DNA from: an uncultured Aminicenantes bacterium
GTDB lineage: Bacteria; Acidobacteriota; Aminicenantia; UBA2199
Assembly: GCA_965195285.1 (NCBI GenBank)
Contig: CBDAFS010000031.1
Span: forward strand, 125,262-189,261
Reading direction: 5' to 3'
Length of the DNA stretch: 64,000 nt
Positions 57,771 through 64,000 of the stretch are shown in pieces (the stretch's first letter is position 1; each line of letters begins with the position of its first letter). Below the pieces are notes generated by a model. It saw only the letters and a list, made by a program, of their open reading frames with translations. It did not search any database and was not told the origin of the DNA. A program made the translations under genes and the position numbers.

Positions 57771-60693
57771 ATTTTTTTTCTCTTTTCTCAAAAGCTTCTT
57801 TTCCACCTTCTAAAATTTCACAAACATGTTCTCTTAAACCTTGCTTTTCTAAATCAATACTACCGTTATTATTCTTAAAGGAATTTTCCAAAGAACCACT
57901 TATATAACATATATAGGCTTTCTGTTTAGCCAATCCTCTATCAAAATCTGCAACGATCACTTGTTCAGAATCTGTGTTAACAACTAAATTTGGATTATGT
58001 GTGACAATTATTATCTGTCTTCTTTTTTTAGCATTTCTAAAATATTTAACTAGAGTACAATAGACTGATCTATTATCAAGATTTTCTTCAGGTTGGTCAA
58101 TAAGAATTGGTCTTTTATCCTCTTTATCAAGTTTTAAAAATAAAATAAGAAGTGCTACACCTTTAAGTCCTGGGGATAGGTTATTTAGTTCAATTCCATT
58201 GAACTTAATTGAATAATTGATACGATAATATTTTGTGGCGTAAAGCCAATTGTCAAAATCTCGTTCTGTATATCTTTCTTTTAATTGAGAAAGTATAGTT
58301 ATTTTCTTATTGACAAATAAACCTTTCACATTTTTTATGAAATTATTTATAGATTCCTTATCAGCCTGAAGCAAACTTTTTTCACTTAGATTAAGCTTTA
58401 ATTGTAATTCTTCTAATTTCTCTTCTAGCAATACAGGAGTAGTATGACGAAATACTCCATCTGATCTTAAATCAATCAGTTCATGCCCCTCGTCTCCCAT
58501 AGCATTGAAATCAAAATTAAATTTCACAGTAAAATTGAATAAATTTTCATTCTCCTCTTCACTTTCTTTTAAAAGGTTCTCTAAAGGTGAGTATATATCT
58601 CTCAGTTTTTCTTTTTCCTCAAAAATCAATTCAAAATAATTAAAAAATAGATTTTCTCTATGATTTAATAGATCCATTAAATTCTTTTCTGCCTCTCTAA
58701 TTATTATCAGATCCTGATTCAAAGATTCTTTTTTCTTTTTCAAATTTGATAATGATTCATTTATCTCCTTGATTTTATCTTTTTTCGTTTTTTCAATATT
58801 TATCTTACTGTTCAATCCATTAATCTTTTTATTAAGATTTAATAAATCATCTTTGAGTTTATTAGTCCTATTAAAAATTTCTCTTTTTCGAGTATTAATT
58901 ATTTGTTCTAGATTATCAGGATATAAGGCAATTGTTAAACTCTCAAGGTCATTTTGTGCAATCCCTATCAATTGAAGGTTTTTCTTTAAATTATCTATGA
59001 GTACCTTCGAATCCTCTAAAAATATAGAAATCTCATTTTTTACTTCTTCGATTCTTAATATACTACTATTTAACTTTGAAATTTCATTTTCTAGTTCTGA
59101 TTTTTTTTCTACATAAATGTTAAGCTCTTCCAAGATATTTTTTTGCTCTTCAAAATCTTTTGAAAAATCCATTGACTTTTTCATTTCGTCGTCAAGCTTT
59201 TCTATTTCATTTTCAATTTTCCTTATCTCATCTTGTTTGTTTTTCTTAGAATCAATTAAATTATTATGATCAAATATTGTTGAATTAATTTCCTCTATTT
59301 GTTTTGCTACTCTACTCTCTTTATTTTTTATTACTTTTAATTGAGCATCTCTATAACTGTCAAATTCTACAAAATCAGCCTTATTTTCTACTGGGATTTT
59401 TTGAAAAATGACATTCTCTATCTGTTGTTCAAGCTCACTCTTTCCTAATTCAGTACATAACTGATCAATAAAATCCTGGGGCAAGTATCTTACTTTGCCT
59501 AATCTTCTACTCAAAGGGAATGTGTCACTAATTATTTCATCATCTATATTTCCTTGATCCCACTCTACTCTAATTTTTGTATTTTTCAATTCCTTAAAGG
59601 CTTTTTTTAAAAACGACTTTGATTTAGATTCATCTTTTTCAAAACACCTATAACTTCCAGTAGCATAAGCTACGAGATCTAATATGGCTGTTTTACCAGT
59701 GCCCTTCCCCCCAATAATACTCACTAATCCTTCATTAAGTGGGATTGGTTTGTTATCTTCAAACCATTTGTTTGAATTATATATTGATATTGATTTAATT
59801 ATTTTGCCCCTTTCCAATTTTCGTTCAGGTTCTTCTCCAATAAAAATTCGATCCTCAGGTTCATAAATTATTTGTTTTAAACCTTTAAATGTTGGATCTG
59901 CTTTAATCCAACAAAATTTATCAATAGGTTGAGATTTATTATCTTTCAATTTACCAAACGGGTACGAAATATTATGCGCATCACTACCTTTTATACATGG
60001 AATTTTTCTGTTGTTTAGCCATTTCCCTATTTGGTTTTCGGAATATTTATCACTTTTCCATAAAAAAAATTCCATTTGTTTTCTGTTTGATGATCCAATT
60101 ATATGACTTTCGTTTATTAATCCCAGTTTGAAATATCCATCGCTATCAGGATCAATATTATCAATACCACCATATTCGTCATATGGAAGCCAAACCAAAA
60201 AAAAGTCTTTTAGTTGATTATTCCCCTTAATACTTTTAATAACATCAAAATAATCAAAACTAATATTCGATAAGTGATCTCTATCAGAAATATTTCCAAC
60301 TGTGTCTTTTTCTCCTTTTTCATAAAAACAATCTAAAGAATTAAGCCAATTCTTAATCCTAGAAATGATTTCCCTATCATTATTAAAGATAATATGAAAG
60401 TTTATTTTCACTCCACTTTTTAGGCGTGCATCATTTTTATCTAAAACCATATTGTTCATTCGAAATTCAACCACAGGAAATAGTGTTTTTTTTAAATTGA
60501 AATCAAGTAGCCTTTCATATCCTGATAATGTGCAATAATCATTAATGCCAATTACTTCTGCTTCAGAATTATTAATATTTTCAACAAAATTTGAATAATC
60601 TTCTCCACCAAAAGAAGCCGGGCTATGAACATGTAAATCCCATTTTCTCCATTCTGAACCTCTTGGATATTTAGAATTCGACATTCTTTCCAT
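57757..60693 (-). CDS. PHP phosphoesterase fused to an SMC/ABC-type ATPase (TrlF/Ppl-like defence protein)
   Basis: WRKWDLHVHSP, INDY, GSDAH (PHP); GGKGTGKT Walker A, long coiled coil, LSPG signature, LIDQPEENLD, VTHNPN; start may be 60684. Confidence 0.88.
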   Translation of the reverse strand: MERMSNSKYPRGSEWRKWDLHVHSPASFGGEDYSNFVENINNSEAEVIGINDYCTLSGYERLLDFNLKKTLFPVVEFRMNNMVLDKNDARLKSGVKINFHIIFNNDREIISRIKNWLNSLDCFYEKGEKDTVGNISDRDHLSNISFDYFDVIKSIKGNNQLKDFFLVWLPYDEYGGIDNIDPDSDGYFKLGLINESHIIGSSNRKQMEFFLWKSDKYSENQIGKWLNNRKIPCIKGSDAHNISYPFGKLKDNKSQPIDKFCWIKADPTFKGLKQIIYEPEDRIFIGEEPERKLERGKIIKSISIYNSNKWFEDNKPIPLNEGLVSIIGGKGTGKTAILDLVAYATGSYRCFEKDESKSKSFLKKAFKELKNTKIRVEWDQGNIDDEIISDTFPLSRRLGKVRYLPQDFIDQLCTELGKSELEQQIENVIFQKIPVENKADFVEFDSYRDAQLKVIKNKESRVAKQIEEINSTIFDHNNLIDSKKNKQDEIRKIENEIEKLDDEMKKSMDFSKDFEEQKNILEELNIYVEKKSELENEISKLNSSILRIEEVKNEISIFLEDSKVLIDNLKKNLQLIGIAQNDLESLTIALYPDNLEQIINTRKREIFNRTNKLKDDLLNLNKKINGLNSKINIEKTKKDKIKEINESLSNLKKKKESLNQDLIIIREAEKNLMDLLNHRENLFFNYFELIFEEKEKLRDIYSPLENLLKESEEENENLFNFTVKFNFDFNAMGDEGHELIDLRSDGVFRHTTPVLLEEKLEELQLKLNLSEKSLLQADKESINNFIKNVKGLFVNKKITILSQLKERYTERDFDNWLYATKYYRINYSIKFNGIELNNLSPGLKGVALLILFLKLDKEDKRPILIDQPEENLDNRSVYCTLVKYFRNAKKRRQIIIVTHNPNLVVNTDSEQVIVADFDRGLAKQKAYICYISGSLENSFKNNNGSIDLEKQGLREHVCEILEGGKEAFEKREKKYGFK

Positions 60694-60752
60694 CTCCTAT
60701 ATATTTTTTAAAATCATCAGTTTATAATTCGTGATTAAAAATTCAAAATATT

Positions 60753-63506
60753 CTATGCTACCAACTCCTTATTCAAATCCCTTAAAATTTTGTTTATATC
60801 CTCTCCAAACAACATATAGGCTTTGATTGCTCCTCCTCTTTCATAAAACGGCTCATATTGGAAATGATCCATTTCAATGGAAAGGGAGGTCATGATGTGA
60901 TCTTTGATCATGAGCAGCCATTCCATCTGTTCCGGGGTAAATCGGTGATCGACTTTTTCCTGTTCACGCATCCAGTGTTCAAATTTTTGGTCGATGATAT
61001 CCGAATAAGGTTCCAGATATTTACTCTCTCCAATGGCAAATCTCAATAATGAAATGATATTGGTCAACAACTTCTGAGGCCCGGCCCCTCTGATCTTTGA
61101 TTTTTCCAATTGCTCATAGGCCTTCCAGATCTGATCGGTGGTCAAGGAATAGGGCGGTTTTTCAATGGCTTCGGCCAATTGTTTTATTGAGTCATAGGTC
61201 AAATGACGCTGGCCATAGGGTTTTTCATAGATGATCTGTAAGGCAGTTAATTCATTTTTATTCTCATCTATAAATTTTCTGAAATGATCAATGGTATTTT
61301 TGGCCACGCTCTCGGAGATTTCAGCCGGTCCTGCATATAAAATTTTATCCTGACTGACCGTATCAATGATTTGTTCTTTTCGAGTCTTGATTTCAATGAG
61401 AGTATTTCTTAATTCCGGATCATCAAAGGGTTTACAGGCCTGTTTGGCTATATCATCTTTTGCTTTTTCGATTTCTTCATGGGTGGGATTTTCAGATCTG
61501 AACAATTCTTTGGCTTTTTCAATGCTCTTATCCGGATCACTGGCATCCAGGAGGTCATTGATCACATCTTCCAAAGACTTGATCTGCAAAATGGTGTTGA
61601 TTTTGTCTTTTTCCTTTTCCTCCAGAGTTTGATTGATACTGGCCAAACGGCCGGCCAGACTTCGAATGCTATCTTCATCTCTATTGCCCAGAGCAATATC
61701 TTTCAGTAATTTTTCAAAGGAAACACTCTTTTTTCGCTCTAGAGGCTGGCTATCGGTTTTATCGGTTTCACATACACCCACGGCATCTACAATCATGAAA
61801 TGGGTTTTGTAATTGGCATCGGGTGTCACCCCTTTGAAATCGGTCGGGGATATGGTTCGGGTTCCGCGTCCTTTCATCTGATCAAAGTAAATCCGGGATT
61901 TCACATCCCGCATGAACAGCAGGCATTCCAATGGCTTGATATCGGTTCCGGTGGAGATCATGTCTACGGTAACCGCAATGCGTGGATTATAGGAATTGCG
62001 AAAACTGGCAATCAGGTTTTCGGGCTTTTCTCCGGTGGTTCGATAGGTAATTTTTTTACAGAATTCATTGCCCTTGCCAAATTCCTCCCGGATGATGTGT
62101 ACGATGTCTTCGGCATGGGAGTCATTTTTGGCAAACACCAGGGTTTTTGGGACTTCGGTTCGTTTGGGAAAAATATCGCTGAATAATTTTTCCTTAAAGG
62201 TTTTAATAACGGTTCTGATTTGATCTTTGGCCACTACACTCCTATCCAATTCCGGACCTTGATAATCCAAATCATCTTCCAACAGTTCCCAGCGAACTTT
62301 ACGGGTGGTTTTATCCCGTTTGTCGATATAATAACCGGCATCCACATGACCGCCTTTTTCGGTGATTTCGGTCTGAATCCTGTATATTTCATAGCCTACA
62401 TTTACTCCATCCGCCACAGCCCGCTCATGGTTGTATTCCATGATCAGGTTTTGATGAAAAAATCCCAGGGTTTGTTTACTGGGAGTAGCGGTTAATCCGA
62501 TGATAAAAGCATCAAAATACTCTAACACCTGTCGCCAGAGATTGTATATCGATCGATGGCACTCATCGGTGATGATAAAATCAAAGGTTTCAATGGGAAT
62601 ATTGGGATTGTATACAACTTCCTTGGGTTTATCCTGGAGGGGGAGTTCATCAAAGTGGGATTCCTCTTCCAATTCCGGATCAAATTCTTCCTCTCCCTTC
62701 AACATGGAAAACAGTCTCTGAATGGTAGTGATACAAACCTTGCTCACTTTATCGATGGTATTGGTGGTTAAATGTTGGACATTGTACAATTCAGTAAATT
62801 TGCGGCCATCATCCGGGGTTTCAAATGTGCTGAATTCGGTTTTGGTTTGTCTAGCCAGGTTATTCCGGTCCACTAAAAAGAGGATTCTTTGGGCTTTGGC
62901 AAATTTTATCAATCGATAGACAGAATTAACTGCCATAAAGGTTTTACCTGAACCAGTGGCCATCTGAATGAGGGCTCTGGGGCGATTGGATTTAAAGGAT
63001 TTCTCCAGATTTCCTATGGCTTCCAGTTGACATTCCCATAACCCTTTTTGGGGTAAGGGAGGTAGTTTTTGCAAACGGTTTCGGAGTGTGGTGTCCTGTA
63101 AGACCCACTCCAGGAGGGTTTCCGGTTTGTGAAAAGTAAATATACGCCGGGAACAGGGATCGGGATCCCGCTCATCCCGAAAATAGGTTTCAATACCGGT
63201 ACTCTCAAAGGCAAAAGGTAAAGGTGTTTGATAATGGGGTACATTCTGGGGAATTCCCTGAATATATTTTAGGGTTTGTTCACTCACACCGGATAAGGTG
63301 GTACCTTCTGGTTTGGCTTCAATTACCCCTATGGCCTTTCCATTAACAATGAGAAGATAATCGGGTGTTCCATTTGATAGAGGAAACTCACTGATGGCAA
63401 TACCAGTGGATGCAGAGAGATTGAAATCGGGATATTTTTGTAAAGTCCAGTCGACTTTTTTTAATAAACGATCAATGTTTTTTCTGGCTTTTTCTTCGGG
63501 ATTCAT
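60753..63506 (-). CDS. hsdR: Type I R-M restriction subunit (EcoEI-like)
   Basis: PDYLL..VIEAK nuclease motif, MATGSGKT, DECH, LTATP, QMKGRGTR. Confidence 0.93.
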   Translation of the reverse strand: MNPEEKARKNIDRLLKKVDWTLQKYPDFNLSASTGIAISEFPLSNGTPDYLLIVNGKAIGVIEAKPEGTTLSGVSEQTLKYIQGIPQNVPHYQTPLPFAFESTGIETYFRDERDPDPCSRRIFTFHKPETLLEWVLQDTTLRNRLQKLPPLPQKGLWECQLEAIGNLEKSFKSNRPRALIQMATGSGKTFMAVNSVYRLIKFAKAQRILFLVDRNNLARQTKTEFSTFETPDDGRKFTELYNVQHLTTNTIDKVSKVCITTIQRLFSMLKGEEEFDPELEEESHFDELPLQDKPKEVVYNPNIPIETFDFIITDECHRSIYNLWRQVLEYFDAFIIGLTATPSKQTLGFFHQNLIMEYNHERAVADGVNVGYEIYRIQTEITEKGGHVDAGYYIDKRDKTTRKVRWELLEDDLDYQGPELDRSVVAKDQIRTVIKTFKEKLFSDIFPKRTEVPKTLVFAKNDSHAEDIVHIIREEFGKGNEFCKKITYRTTGEKPENLIASFRNSYNPRIAVTVDMISTGTDIKPLECLLFMRDVKSRIYFDQMKGRGTRTISPTDFKGVTPDANYKTHFMIVDAVGVCETDKTDSQPLERKKSVSFEKLLKDIALGNRDEDSIRSLAGRLASINQTLEEKEKDKINTILQIKSLEDVINDLLDASDPDKSIEKAKELFRSENPTHEEIEKAKDDIAKQACKPFDDPELRNTLIEIKTRKEQIIDTVSQDKILYAGPAEISESVAKNTIDHFRKFIDENKNELTALQIIYEKPYGQRHLTYDSIKQLAEAIEKPPYSLTTDQIWKAYEQLEKSKIRGAGPQKLLTNIISLLRFAIGESKYLEPYSDIIDQKFEHWMREQEKVDHRFTPEQMEWLLMIKDHIMTSLSIEMDHFQYEPFYERGGAIKAYMLFGEDINKILRDLNKELVA

Positions 63507-63647
63507 AGACTGCTATTTTCACCCATATAATTACACCCAAAAATCTCCCGCCATATTAAGAAAAATTGGTCAAATATAAATATAAGGAAAATGAAAATGA
63601 ATGTCAAGTGAGAGATTGAGGGAAGATGGTCATGAAGAGATTAAGAT

Positions 63648-64000
63648 AACTTGTCAGTAGCTCACTTCGTGAGCGTCATTAGCAACCGAAGGTTGCGTCA
63701 TAGGTTCGCTGTGCGAACGTCATAGAGAACTATCACAACTTGTCATTAGCAACCGAAGGTTGCGTCATAGGTTCGCTGTGCGAACGTCAGGAAGAGCGCA
63801 ACAGTTCTTGTCATTAAGTGATTACTGGAGATTGTCATAAAGAGCTAACCGAGCTTGTAAATAATTCTTTTTCTGACAATATAAAGAGAGTTGTTATGAC
63901 AAATTCTTTTGATCTATAATGACAAGCTCTTGTGAGTTGTAATGACCAGCCTATTTAATATCTAATCGAACTTGTCATTTGCTCACTTCGTGAGCGTCAT
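63648..64000 (+). repeat. Cluster of GTCA-linked short hairpin repeats
   Basis: 48-bp exact repeat at 63675-63722 and 63742-63789; AACTTGTCA...GCTCACTTCGTGAGCGTCAT at 63648-63679 and 63969-64000. Confidence 0.85.

Noticed and set aside
63648-64000. CRISPR array
   Set aside because: The units are different hairpins without unique spacers of constant length.

Overview
Bacterial 64-kb window. Its secreted 6-bladed propeller proteins, S9 peptidase and Tat-exported TldD suggest an anaerobic diderm such as Candidatus Aminicenantes (inference only). 1-17 kb holds ordinary genes: TldD/E, DUF1846, hemerythrin, an AOS-family PLP enzyme, a sirtuin, a serine hydrolase and an S9 peptidase. 17.4-27.4 kb is an AT-rich block of three sensor kinases plus an orphan solute-binding protein. 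About 27.5-54.6 kb is a run of unrelated 1-3-gene units. Most of their boundaries carry a short motif ((C/A)CGTCCC(C/T), TGTCCCC or CTGACCCC followed by a T-run), always on the + strand and often preceded by one of several re-used 25-60 bp flanks. Several genes are clipped or get new C-termini exactly at these motifs. This looks like a non-integron gene-cassette array and is the most interesting signal; no recombinase is in the window. The region also holds a Moco-class riboswitch upstream of a TonB-dependent receptor and an NYN RNase preceded by a promoter-hairpin-terminator leader. 51-63.5 kb is a defence island: NucS-like, PLD and EVE nucleases plus a type I R-M system with a PHP-ATPase inserted between hsdR and hsdS. 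The window ends in a hairpin-repeat cluster. No rRNA, tRNA, CRISPR array, integrase or transposase was recognised.
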